A DNA stretch of 41,616 bases, taken from positions 1 to 41,616 of the forward strand of contig JBBIPQ010000004.1 of NCBI GenBank assembly GCA_037442785.1. Reading direction: 5' to 3'. This stretch comes from Nitrospirota bacterium. GTDB lineage: Bacteria > Nitrospirota > Thermodesulfovibrionia > Thermodesulfovibrionales > UBA9159. The stretch's first letter is position 1. Every line of letters begins with the position of its first letter. Made by a program: the position numbers and the translations under genes. The notes below the pieces were generated by a model. The model made no database searches and was not told where the DNA came from. It saw only the letters and a program-made list of their open reading frames with translations. Positions 26,240-35,020 of this stretch are shown here, piece after piece.

Positions 26240-26922
26240 AGGATATAAACAGACGGGAACCCCGAATGATTCCATTATGGAGCAGTGATGTAAAGTATGT
26301 ACTCCTTGATATGGACGGCACCCTCCTTGATAAGTATTTTGATGATTATTTCTGGGAGCATCTTGTTCCTGAAAGATATGCGGAGAAATATAATATGACC
26401 TTTGGTAAGGCAAAGGAATATCTGATGAAAAAATACAAACACCACGAAGGCACCCTTAACTGGACAGATATTGACTTCTGGTCGAGGGAACTTAACCTGG
26501 ATATTCCAGCCCTTAAGGAGCAGATTAAACATCTCATTGAGGTGCATCCCCATGTGGAAGAATTCCTTAAGGAATTGAAGAAACACAAGAAAAAGGTCTT
26601 CCTGGTGACAAACGCCCATTTCAAGGTCCTTGATCTGAAGATGAAAAAGACCGAACTGGGAAGATACTTTGATGCCTGTATCACCTCCTTTGATATGTCT
26701 TTTCCAAAGGAAGACCTGAGATTCTGGGAAAGGGCTGAGAAGAGACTTGGGTTTGAAAAGGAGAGGACCCTCTTCATTGATGACACAAAGGAGATATTGA
26801 GAAAGGCAAGGGAATTTGGTATAAGGTACATCATTTATAAGGCAAGGGCCAACTCAAAGGAGGCTCCGAAAAGGTCTCAGGAGTTTCCAACCCTTTATGA
26901 TTTTAAGGAACTATTACCATAG
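26236..26922 (+). CDS. HAD-superfamily hydrolase
   Basis: 228 aa. Motif I is LLDMDGTLLD, motif II is VTNA, and motif IV is IDD. Its ATGA start overlaps the upstream stop. Confidence 0.7.
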   Translation: MKDINRREPRMIPLWSSDVKYVLLDMDGTLLDKYFDDYFWEHLVPERYAEKYNMTFGKAKEYLMKKYKHHEGTLNWTDIDFWSRELNLDIPALKEQIKHLIEVHPHVEEFLKELKKHKKKVFLVTNAHFKVLDLKMKKTELGRYFDACITSFDMSFPKEDLRFWERAEKRLGFEKERTLFIDDTKEILRKAREFGIRYIIYKARANSKEAPKRSQEFPTLYDFKELLP

Positions 26923-28260
26923 ATGGATTATTCTGACGCAATCTCATATCTCTATGGCTTGCAGAAATATGGTATCAAGTTCGGTCTTGATAACACCATA
27001 AGACTCCTTGCCCTTTTCGGTGACCCCCACCAGGAATTCAGGGCCATCCATGTGGCGGGCACGAACGGAAAGGGATCCACCTCTGCCATGATAGCATCGA
27101 TGCTAAAGTCTCATGGTTATAGGGTTGGCCTCTTCACATCACCTCACCTCGTAAGCTTTACAGAGAGGATAAGGATAAATATGAAAGAGATAGGGGAGAG
27201 GGATGTTATCGATCTCACCAAAGAGATAAAAGCCGTGATTGATAGGGTCAACCAGGCCCTGAATGGTACCCTGAAGCCCACCTTCTTTGAATTTGTTACG
27301 GTCATGGCATTTTTTTATTTTTCAAGGAGGGGTGTTGACTGGGCAGTTATTGAAACAGGGATGGGAGGAAGACTCGATGCCACTAATGTGATCACACCCT
27401 CTGTATCTGTAATTACAAGGATAGGTCTTGACCATCAGGAATTCCTTGGCAATACTATCAGGGCAATCGCCATGGAAAAGGCCGGGATAATCAAGGAGGG
27501 GATCCCTGTTGTCTCAGCCTCACAGGATGAAGAGGCCCTTGAGGTGATCATGAACAGGGCTGCTGAGATGGACTCGGAAATCCATGTGTATAACAGGGAC
27601 TTCCGGGCTATTATGAGGGATATTAATATCAGAGGCATAAACTTTGATTACCAGGGAAGAGAGGTCTTCAGGAATCTCTATGTTCCTCTTTCAGGAGACC
27701 ATCAGCTTGAAAATGCCTCTTTGGCTGTTAAGGCCATTGAGATTGCCCTTGGAACAAATCTGAGGGGGCCTTCTGTAAGACGAGGCCTATCAAATACAAG
27801 ATGGCCTGGACGGCTTGAGCTTTTGAGAAGACCCCTTGAGCCTTATGACTTTTTAATAGATGGCGCCCATAATCCCTCTGCTGCCGAGGCTATTGAAAGG
27901 GCATTGAATAGTTTTTATAGGGCGTCCTACGACAGGATAGTATTTATAATCGGCGTCATGGCTGATAAGGACATAGAAGGGATCTTGAAACCCCTCTTGC
28001 CCCTTTCTTACCATACAATATTTACAGCCCCTGATTATGACAGGGCAGCATCCCCTGAATTGCTACTTGAGATAGCCTCAAAGCAAGGGTTTAATGCAGA
28101 GTCATGTCCCTCAATAAGGGAATCCCTTAATAGGGCGATGGCAATGGCAAGGGGCCTTTCAGGAAGAACATTGATAGTGATCACAGGCTCCTTTTACACA
28201 ACAGGGCAGGCCATGGAAGAACTGGGAAGAAAAGGGGTGCTACCAAGATTGAGGGAATGA
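26923..28260 (+). CDS. folC: Bifunctional folylpolyglutamate synthase / dihydrofolate synthase
   Basis: 445 aa. Motifs: HVAGTNGKGST P-loop, SPHL, GLDHQEFLGNT, DGAHNP. Confidence 0.88.
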   Translation: MDYSDAISYLYGLQKYGIKFGLDNTIRLLALFGDPHQEFRAIHVAGTNGKGSTSAMIASMLKSHGYRVGLFTSPHLVSFTERIRINMKEIGERDVIDLTKEIKAVIDRVNQALNGTLKPTFFEFVTVMAFFYFSRRGVDWAVIETGMGGRLDATNVITPSVSVITRIGLDHQEFLGNTIRAIAMEKAGIIKEGIPVVSASQDEEALEVIMNRAAEMDSEIHVYNRDFRAIMRDINIRGINFDYQGREVFRNLYVPLSGDHQLENASLAVKAIEIALGTNLRGPSVRRGLSNTRWPGRLELLRRPLEPYDFLIDGAHNPSAAEAIERALNSFYRASYDRIVFIIGVMADKDIEGILKPLLPLSYHTIFTAPDYDRAASPELLLEIASKQGFNAESCPSIRESLNRAMAMARGLSGRTLIVITGSFYTTGQAMEELGRKGVLPRLRE

Positions 28261-30296
28261 GCAACAGGGTATTGGTTATTGGTTTATTGCTCATGGCCTC
28301 TGGCTCGTGGCTTCTGGCTCATGGCTTCTGTTTTTCCATAGCCTCTGCAGAGATCATTGTTGAGTCAGAATTCCTTGAGTATGATGCAAGGTCATCAACC
28401 TACTCAGCCCGTGGAGATGTGAAGATTACGAGGGATTCAGCCACGATCAATGCTGATGAGGTAACATACGATGAGAAGACCTCAGAGGCCTCCGCATCAG
28501 GTAATGTCCTGTACATTGATCCAGCCGTGAGGATTAAGGCAAAAAAGGCCTTCCTCAATATAGATAAAGACACGGGCAAACTCATTGAGGCTGAGATATT
28601 CTATAAAAAAGAAAACTACCATATCAGGGGCAAAGAGATAGAGAAGACCTCTGATAAGGATTACCTTTTGAAAGATGCCACCTTTACGACCTGTGAGGGC
28701 ACTGTTGGTGGGCCCTTACCTGACTGGTGCTTCAAAGGAAGGGACGTACATATAATACTCGATGAGAAGATAAATGCCCGTAATGTGACCTTTAATATAA
28801 AGGGTCTACCCATCTTTTATTCTCCCTATCTAACAGCACCCCTTCAGGAAAGGAAGACTGGCCTCTTGATACCTTCGATAGGGCTTGTGGAATCAAAGGG
28901 ACTTCATTATGAGCAGCCCTTTTACTGGGCAATATCAGACAACAGGGATGCAACCTTAACCCTTGATATTTATGGTAAAAGGGCCCTTGGAGAGGGCATT
29001 GAATACAGACATATTGAGAGGGGTGGGCTGAAGGGAAACTACTGGATCTATCATCTGAGGGATGATAAATTCAAGACTGACTTCTGGGATATAAAGGGTA
29101 TCTTTGACAGGAGGGAAGGCAATATCACTGCCTTTGTGAACCTCAATTATATCAACTCCTTACTCTATTACAGGGAGTATAACCCCTATGTGAACTCAAG
29201 GAGGGCATTCCTTGATCCAGCATCCTATCTCAACGCTACCACAGGAAGATTTTTTGAATCTGTAGCAGAGGTGAAATACAGGTTAACGAATGCTTCGCTT
29301 TCACTTCATTCCCGTTATATCATTGATCTAAAGGATGGGGTTGATCAATCCACCATTCCCCAGAGGCTGCCTGAGATTAGTTATTTTCTTTATCCCAGGA
29401 TGATTGGTCCTGGGACATTCACTCTTACTGCCTCAGCAACCAATTTCTTCAGAGAAGAAGGCCCCAGGGGTCAGAGGATAGACATCTATCCAAGGTTTAC
29501 AATCTCATCAGGAGAAAGATTGATCATTACCCATTCCATCGGATTAAGGGCAACATCGTATCTTTTGAATAGAACAGAGGATTTCTCACAGGCCCCCATA
29601 AGGACAGGGCTTGATTACTCTGTAACGGCACTGATGAGATTAAAGAAAAGATACTCAGGGTTTACACACATCATAGAACCATCCATAGATTATACCTTTA
29701 TCCCGACTATAAAATCTGACATCCCTTTCTTCGATGGCATCGAACTTTACCAGAAGACATCAAGGATAAATCTCTCTATAATGAATAGATTCATTTCGAC
29801 AAAGAGGGAATTCCTGACATTAAGGATCACCCAGCCCATTGATACTTATAAGGGAGATAGGCCTCTAATGCCCTTAATTATCGAGGCGGCTATCAGAGGC
29901 CCACTTACCATGAGAGGGGAGTTATCCTATGATTCTGGTCTTGGAAGGGTAGAGGGTCTGAACTCTGACCTATCCTTTAGTATCTCAGACCTCTGGGCAG
30001 ATTCTGTGAGACCGACGATCTTTCGGGATACCCTTCTTTCCCTGGGACAGAGATACAACAGGGAAGAAGACATCCTCTATTATTCCTTTGGTTTAAAGGG
30101 AAACCCGCTGAAAGCCATCTCCTACGAAGGCTATTTCTGGTATGATGCAAAGACTGGAAACACAAAGAACATAATAGGGAAGATAAGCTACCAGCGCCAG
30201 TGCTGGGGCATAACTGCTATAGTGACAAAGCGTGAAAGGGGTTATAGCCTCTCTTTTCTATTTAATTTCCTTGGCCTGGGTACGCTCAAGATTTAA
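28257..30296 (+). CDS. lptD: LPS-assembly outer-membrane protein LptD (OstA family)
   Basis: 679 aa. Signal peptide, an N-terminal OstA-like beta-jellyroll repeat pattern and a long beta-barrel-type C-terminus. Confidence 0.75.
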   Translation: MSNRVLVIGLLLMASGSWLLAHGFCFSIASAEIIVESEFLEYDARSSTYSARGDVKITRDSATINADEVTYDEKTSEASASGNVLYIDPAVRIKAKKAFLNIDKDTGKLIEAEIFYKKENYHIRGKEIEKTSDKDYLLKDATFTTCEGTVGGPLPDWCFKGRDVHIILDEKINARNVTFNIKGLPIFYSPYLTAPLQERKTGLLIPSIGLVESKGLHYEQPFYWAISDNRDATLTLDIYGKRALGEGIEYRHIERGGLKGNYWIYHLRDDKFKTDFWDIKGIFDRREGNITAFVNLNYINSLLYYREYNPYVNSRRAFLDPASYLNATTGRFFESVAEVKYRLTNASLSLHSRYIIDLKDGVDQSTIPQRLPEISYFLYPRMIGPGTFTLTASATNFFREEGPRGQRIDIYPRFTISSGERLIITHSIGLRATSYLLNRTEDFSQAPIRTGLDYSVTALMRLKKRYSGFTHIIEPSIDYTFIPTIKSDIPFFDGIELYQKTSRINLSIMNRFISTKREFLTLRITQPIDTYKGDRPLMPLIIEAAIRGPLTMRGELSYDSGLGRVEGLNSDLSFSISDLWADSVRPTIFRDTLLSLGQRYNREEDILYYSFGLKGNPLKAISYEGYFWYDAKTGNTKNIIGKISYQRQCWGITAIVTKRERGYSLSFLFNFLGLGTLKI

Positions 30297-30813
30297 GCCT
30301 CTCTATGAGAGACTCGATCATTCTAACGGATTCCGAAGGATGTAGACGATCAGTATCAATGATTATCTCTGGATTGAGGGGTTCCTCATAGGGAACCGTA
30401 ACACCAGGGACAGGCCATCCAGCCTTTGCCTTTTCATATATATCTCTTGGAGCCTCATGGGTCTCGAGCCTGACCTTTTCCCTCTCTATACAGGTATCAA
30501 TGGGACATCTGAGATAGATTTCCCCAAATCTACCAATCATACTCCGAGCAAGGTCTCTCCATCTTCGCATATTCCCTGTTGCATCGATTATCACATCATG
30601 ACCATACCTTACAAGGATGGATGCTGTATAAACAAGGCAGCGATAGACCATCTCCCTCTCAGAATCAGAATAGGTAGGCTCAGGTGTGACAAACTTTCTC
30701 AATTCATCCATCCTCAAGATGATAAAATCTGGATGATTCTCTTTAATCCCCTCTGCGATGGTGCTCTTTCCGCTTCCTGGCAGTCCAGTTATCCAGAGTG
30801 CTATTGAATTCAT
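30286..30813 (-). CDS. P-loop kinase, adenylylsulfate (APS) kinase-like
   Basis: 175 aa. The Walker A motif is ITGLPGSGKSTIA, with the short APS-kinase-like architecture (ER...IIDATG...EIYLRCPIDTCIEREK). Substrate uncertain. Confidence 0.55.
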   Translation of the reverse strand: MNSIALWITGLPGSGKSTIAEGIKENHPDFIILRMDELRKFVTPEPTYSDSEREMVYRCLVYTASILVRYGHDVIIDATGNMRRWRDLARSMIGRFGEIYLRCPIDTCIEREKVRLETHEAPRDIYEKAKAGWPVPGVTVPYEEPLNPEIIIDTDRLHPSESVRMIESLIERLKS

Positions 30814-30814
30814 C

Positions 30815-31945
30815 CTAACTACCTGTGCTCGCCTTTCCCATGATCTGAACGAATCTTGCTATCCCATTGCGAGTTATAAGCCCCTCTATCCTTCCATTCT
30901 TTAGAACCACAAGCCTTCCAGTGTCCTCACTGATCATTATCTCAAGGGCCTTTAATGCATCATCATCCTCAGAGACCTCCCACCTCTCATTATGGGGTAA
31001 AAAGACCTCTGACACCTTTACATATTGCCATCCATCCCTTGGCACATTCTTTACCTCCTTTAAGGTGAGAAAGCCTATGTGGATACCGTCTCTTACTACA
31101 GGAAATCCACCATACCCATACCTCAGAAAGAAATCATTGACAGCTCTGTCAAGGGTCATATCAGGTGAAAGGGTAACAACATCCCTCACCATTATGTTCC
31201 TGACCTTAACACCCTTGAGGGTCTCCTCAAGGCTTGCCTGTTGATAGCTCGTCTGTGCTGCTGTGTGGAGAAACCAGCCGATAAGCATGAGCCACAGACC
31301 ACCGGTAAACCCTGAGAAGAGTGAAAAGATACCGAATATTATGAAGAATATTGCAATCCTCTGGCCAAGGATCGAAGCCCTTCTTGTGGCATAAAAGAAG
31401 TCCTTTGACCTCTGCCATAAAAAGGCCCTCACTACCCTTCCACCATCCATGGGGAATCCAGGGATGAGATTGAATATACCAAGGACGAGATTGAGTCTGG
31501 ATAGGTAATCAAATATCGCCCTCATTATCTGACCTGAGGAGAGGACATAGAGGAGATAAAAGACCACAGAAAGGGCAAGGCTTGATAGGGGGCCTGCTAC
31601 AGCTATCCTGAACTCTGCCTTTGGATCAGGTGGTTCACCCTTCATGCTGGCCACTCCACCGAATATGAAGAGGGTTATGCTCAGAATGGTGAGCCTGTAC
31701 CTCCTTGCAACAAGGGAATGGGATATCTCATGAAGGGCAACAGAGGTAAATAACAGAAGGGAGGCTAAGATACTTCCAGTCCAGTAAGAAAGTCTTGGTA
31801 ATTCAGGAGCTACCTTTGGGAAGTAAAATGTTGAAAGGGACCAGGTTATTAGACCGAATATAATAAGCCAGGAGAAGTGAACCCTTATAGGAATCCTCAT
31901 TATTGTGGCTATCTTCCACGAGCCATGCTCTAAGGGTGGAGCCAT
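30815..31945 (-). CDS. Site-2 protease family (M50) zinc metalloprotease with tandem CBS domains
   Basis: 376 aa. HEISHSL (HExxH) in a TM helix, a second metal-ligand region NLIPGFPMDGG, and a C-terminal CBS pair. Confidence 0.85.
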   Translation of the reverse strand: MAPPLEHGSWKIATIMRIPIRVHFSWLIIFGLITWSLSTFYFPKVAPELPRLSYWTGSILASLLLFTSVALHEISHSLVARRYRLTILSITLFIFGGVASMKGEPPDPKAEFRIAVAGPLSSLALSVVFYLLYVLSSGQIMRAIFDYLSRLNLVLGIFNLIPGFPMDGGRVVRAFLWQRSKDFFYATRRASILGQRIAIFFIIFGIFSLFSGFTGGLWLMLIGWFLHTAAQTSYQQASLEETLKGVKVRNIMVRDVVTLSPDMTLDRAVNDFFLRYGYGGFPVVRDGIHIGFLTLKEVKNVPRDGWQYVKVSEVFLPHNERWEVSEDDDALKALEIMISEDTGRLVVLKNGRIEGLITRNGIARFVQIMGKASTGS

Positions 31946-31947
31946 TA

Positions 31948-33006
31948 TCAGATCTCCTTAAGTAAACGTCTCGATTCCTCCATGACCTCCTCGGGTGTCA
32001 TTATGGCGCCGCCAGGTCTGCCATAGAAATGAACCCTTGATCTTCCATTTACAGAGAGTCTCACATCCTCCACCATCTGCCCTGCGTTTAATTCAACGGT
32101 CAGAAAGATCCTGCCATCTCCTGATAGGGACGCTATCTCCCTTTCAGGGAATGGGAAAAGGGTTACTGGCCTGAAGAGGCCGACCTTTTTACCTTCCCTT
32201 CTGAGCCTTTTTACAGTAGACAATGAGATACGGGCAGCAATACCAAAGGCCACAATAATCAATTCAGCATCATCAATCATAGATGTTGAATACATTACCT
32301 CTCTTTCCCTTATCCTCCTGTACTTGTCCTGGAGGATATAATTCCTCCTTTCCAGTTCCCCTTCTCCCATATAGAGGGATTTTATAACATTCGGTTTCCG
32401 TCCCTTGCATCCTGTTAGTGCCCAGTCTTTCGATGGCAGGTCAGGCATCTTGTAATCGACTGGAATAAAAGGCTCCATCATCTGGCCTATGATTCCATCG
32501 CAAAGGATCATGACAGGTGTCCTGTATTCATCAGCCTTATCAAAGGCAAGCATCGTCAGTTCCCACAGTTCCTGATGGTTGTAAGGGGCCAAAACAATCA
32601 ATCTGTAATCACCATGACCTCCACCCTTAACGGCCTGAAAATAATCAGATTGACTTCCTGATATGTTCCCGAGGCCTGGACCTCCCCGCTGCATATTCAC
32701 TATAACTGCTGGCAACTCAGCACCAGCAAGGTAAGATATACCTTCCTGTTTAAGGCTTATTCCAGGGCTGCTCGATGAAGTCATTGCCCTCACACCACAG
32801 GCAGATGCCCCATACACCATATTGATAGCAGCAAGCTCACTTTCTGCCTGGATAAATATGCCACCCACCTCAGGCATCCTCATAGCCATGTATTCAGGGA
32901 TCTCATTCTGGGGAGTGATGGGATAGCCCGCATAGAATCTGCAGCCTGCCTGAATAGCAGCCTCAGCGATCACTTCATTTCCCTTCATGAACAGCTTTTC
33001 ATTCAT
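31948..33006 (-). CDS. 2-oxoacid:ferredoxin oxidoreductase alpha subunit (KorA/VorB type)
   Basis: MNEKLFMKGNEVIAEAAIQAGCRFYAGYPITPQNEI is the canonical N-terminus. The ORF track starts 21 codons earlier (33069). I prefer ATG 33006 because family N-termini start 5-8 aa before KGNE and a TGtTATAAT box lies 7 nt upstream. No beta, gamma or delta subunit genes are adjacent. Confidence 0.8.
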   Translation of the reverse strand: MNEKLFMKGNEVIAEAAIQAGCRFYAGYPITPQNEIPEYMAMRMPEVGGIFIQAESELAAINMVYGASACGVRAMTSSSSPGISLKQEGISYLAGAELPAVIVNMQRGGPGLGNISGSQSDYFQAVKGGGHGDYRLIVLAPYNHQELWELTMLAFDKADEYRTPVMILCDGIIGQMMEPFIPVDYKMPDLPSKDWALTGCKGRKPNVIKSLYMGEGELERRNYILQDKYRRIREREVMYSTSMIDDAELIIVAFGIAARISLSTVKRLRREGKKVGLFRPVTLFPFPEREIASLSGDGRIFLTVELNAGQMVEDVRLSVNGRSRVHFYGRPGGAIMTPEEVMEESRRLLKEI

Positions 33007-33013
33007 ACATGGA

Positions 33014-33022
33014 ATTATAACA
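33014..33022 (-). promoter_or_regulatory. Extended -10 TGtTATAAT 7 nt upstream of the preferred korA-like ATG; candidate leaderless promoter
   Basis: The minus strand reads TGTTATAAT (33022..33014), spacer TCCATGT, ATG 33006..33004. Confidence 0.45.
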
Positions 33023-33134
33023 CAACTTCCAATCTCCTTCACCCCTAACCATATCTTCCAAGGGTGCATTCCCCCACTCCCTCTTCACCGATTTTAGAAC
33101 CGCTTGAGAAGATGAAGAAGACGGGCTTAGCTAA

Positions 33135-33232
33135 GAGCAGTAGTGCAGTGGAGCAGCAAAGCAGTGGTGCAGCATTTTTAACAAGGGATAATTATTCCTC
33201 ACTTTATTTACTGCTCCATTGCTCTAATGCTC
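33135..33232. repeat. Imperfect 26-nt inverted repeat with internal direct repeats in a divergent intergenic region
   Basis: gagcagtagtgcagtggagcagcaaa (33135..33160) matches the reverse complement of tttactgctccattgctctaatgctc (33207..33232) at 22/26 positions. The direct repeat gcagt[a/g]gtgcag occurs at 33138..33149 and 33161..33172. Confidence 0.5.
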
Positions 33233-33274
33233 ACTGTTCGAAGAGATTATTTTTGAGGGAGGAATGCCGTTTGC

Positions 33275-33303
33275 TTGACAGAATACAGCCTAAATGATAA
33301 TAT
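33275..33303 (+). promoter_or_regulatory. Sigma70-type promoter TTGACA-17-TAATAT, 5 nt upstream of ATG 33309; candidate leaderless promoter
   Basis: TTGACA 33275..33280, 17-bp spacer, TAATAT 33298..33303, spacer TTCTT, ATG 33309. The -10 overlaps the ORF-track start at 33294, which makes that start unlikely. Confidence 0.5.
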
Positions 33304-33308
33304 TTCTT

Positions 33309-34043
33309 ATGCTTTTAGGTTTGAGGATAGCGTTGATAATAGCTCTGCTTGGTGCTATTGCAGAGGCTGATATCTATAAATATGAAGATGAAAATGGAGT
33401 CATCTACTACACTGATTTTCCTCTGAACAAGAGGGCAGAGAGGATAATGCGAACACCCCAAAAAATCAAGGATTTTTTGGGGACCCCAATGCTGTCCACC
33501 AGTCCTGATAAGGAGGAAGTTGCCAGAGGTGACAACAAAGGGGTCAGTAACATAGTCCTGGAAAAGGCAAGCAAGTATAACCTTGATCCATCCCTTGTTC
33601 ATGCGGTTATTAAGGCTGAGTCCAATGGTAATCCCTATGCAGTTTCTAAAAAAGGGGCCATGGGTTTAATGCAACTCATGCCCTCAACTGCCAGTGATCT
33701 CCGCGTTAGAAATCCCTTTGATCCTGAGGACAATATAGATGGAGGTACTAGATACCTTAGATACCTGATAGACAAATTTGGTGGTGACCTGACCCTTGCC
33801 CTTGCTGCATACAATGCGGGCCCGAAGACGGTTGAGAAGACAGGGAATGTGCCTCCCATACCCGAGACAAAACATTATGTTAAGAAGGTTATGTCCCTTT
33901 ATAAAGGAGGAAATCATGCCTCATCAGTTCAGGGTTCTGAGAATACACCACCAAAACCCGCACCCATATACAGGGTTGTGATGGAGGACGGGACTATCCT
34001 GTTCACGAATTCCCCTTTTTATAAGAAAAATCCCAGGTTATAA
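33309..34043 (+). CDS. Soluble lytic murein transglycosylase (SLT domain) with N-terminal DUF4124-like region
   Basis: Signal peptide MLLGLRIALIIALLGAIAEA and DIYKYEDENGVIYYTD (DUF4124-like). The SLT catalytic motif is ESNGNPYAVSKKGAMGLMQLMPSTA...AYNAGP. The ORF-track start is 33294. Confidence 0.8.
   Translation: MLLGLRIALIIALLGAIAEADIYKYEDENGVIYYTDFPLNKRAERIMRTPQKIKDFLGTPMLSTSPDKEEVARGDNKGVSNIVLEKASKYNLDPSLVHAVIKAESNGNPYAVSKKGAMGLMQLMPSTASDLRVRNPFDPEDNIDGGTRYLRYLIDKFGGDLTLALAAYNAGPKTVEKTGNVPPIPETKHYVKKVMSLYKGGNHASSVQGSENTPPKPAPIYRVVMEDGTILFTNSPFYKKNPRL
33456..33482 (+). repeat. Perfect 11-bp-stem palindrome inside the SLT coding region; copy B of the small palindromic element
   Basis: CCCCAAAAAAT-caagg-ATTTTTTGGGG. 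With its flank (to 33491) it aligns at about 27/35 positions with 13857..13890, and all mismatches are transitions. Confidence 0.5.
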
Positions 34044-35020
34044 TGACAGAGAATCTTGTTGAAGACATACTCAGATGGAAGTCCGAGAGGCGGGCAATTA
34101 TTCTTTCCCATAACTATCAGAGGCCTGAGGTCCAGGATATTGCTGACTTTGTTGGGGATTCCCTTGAGCTATCAAGGACAGCAGCCGGAATCGAGTGTGA
34201 TGTCATAGTTTTCTGTGGGGTTCATTTTATGGCAGAGAGTGCCTCAATCCTTTCCCCTGATAAGATCGTCCTTCTACCAGAGCCAGAGGCCACCTGTCCA
34301 ATGGCTGCCATGATTACTGTTGGACAGCCAAGAAAGGTCTGGAAGACCTTTCCAGGATATGAGGTTCAGCCAACCTTTGTCTTTCCCCATGACTTTACAT
34401 TGATGGATATTAAGGCCCAGTATCCTGGCGTTCCAGTGGTTGCCTATGTAAATACTACTGCTGATGTTAAGGCAGAAAGCGATATATGCTGTACCTCAGC
34501 AAATGTTGTAAAGGTCATCGAGTCACTTCCTGAGGATCGGGTTATATGCATACCCGATAGAAACCTTTCTGCCTGGGCACAAAAAAATACAGGTAAAAAG
34601 ATCATATCCTGGGATGGCTTCTGCCATGTCCATGACAGGGTTACAAAGGAGGATGTCTATAAGGCAAGAAAGGAGTATCCTGACGCTCTCTTGATGGCCC
34701 ATCCCGAGTGCAGGATAGAGGTCCTTGAACTGGCTGATCATGTAACAAGCACATCGGGTATGCTCAGGTTTGCAAGATCCTCTGATGCAAAGAGGTTTAT
34801 AGTCGGAACCGAGACAGGCATCATCCATAGACTTGAGAAGGAAAACCCTGATAAGGAATTTTATCCACTAAGGAAAGACATGATCTGTCCAAATATGAAG
34901 AAGACCACATTGAATAGTGTTCTACGGTCATTAAAGGAGATGAAACATATCATTAAGGTTCCTGAGGATATCCGGATCCCAGCCAGAAAGGCCCTTGACA
35001 GGATGCTCGAGATAAAGTAG
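34043..35020 (+). CDS. nadA: Quinolinate synthase
   Basis: 325 aa. NadA motifs: ILSHNYQ, DFVGDSL, CGVHFMAE, CPMA, YVNT.A.VKA, CTSAN, and the CHVH and CPNM cluster ligands. Confidence 0.9.
   Translation: MTENLVEDILRWKSERRAIILSHNYQRPEVQDIADFVGDSLELSRTAAGIECDVIVFCGVHFMAESASILSPDKIVLLPEPEATCPMAAMITVGQPRKVWKTFPGYEVQPTFVFPHDFTLMDIKAQYPGVPVVAYVNTTADVKAESDICCTSANVVKVIESLPEDRVICIPDRNLSAWAQKNTGKKIISWDGFCHVHDRVTKEDVYKARKEYPDALLMAHPECRIEVLELADHVTSTSGMLRFARSSDAKRFIVGTETGIIHRLEKENPDKEFYPLRKDMICPNMKKTTLNSVLRSLKEMKHIIKVPEDIRIPARKALDRMLEIK

Noticed and set aside
33064-33297. 77-aa ORF in the korA/SLT spacer (or 61 aa from ATG 33111), whose stop overlaps ATG 33294
   Set aside because: It has a low-complexity Ser/Ala/Gln-rich N-half and a weak SD. 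It runs through the consensus TTGACA-17-TAATAT promoter of the SLT gene. The region is better explained as repeat-rich regulatory DNA. This is not fully excluded.
34300-34420. Possible insertion of about 20 aa in NadA (VGQPRKVWKTFPGYEVQPTFVFPHDF), since the protein is 325 aa rather than about 300 aa
   Set aside because: NadA length varies from about 300 to 350 aa between lineages, and I cannot align it without tools. The sequence gives no sign of a mobile or repeat origin.
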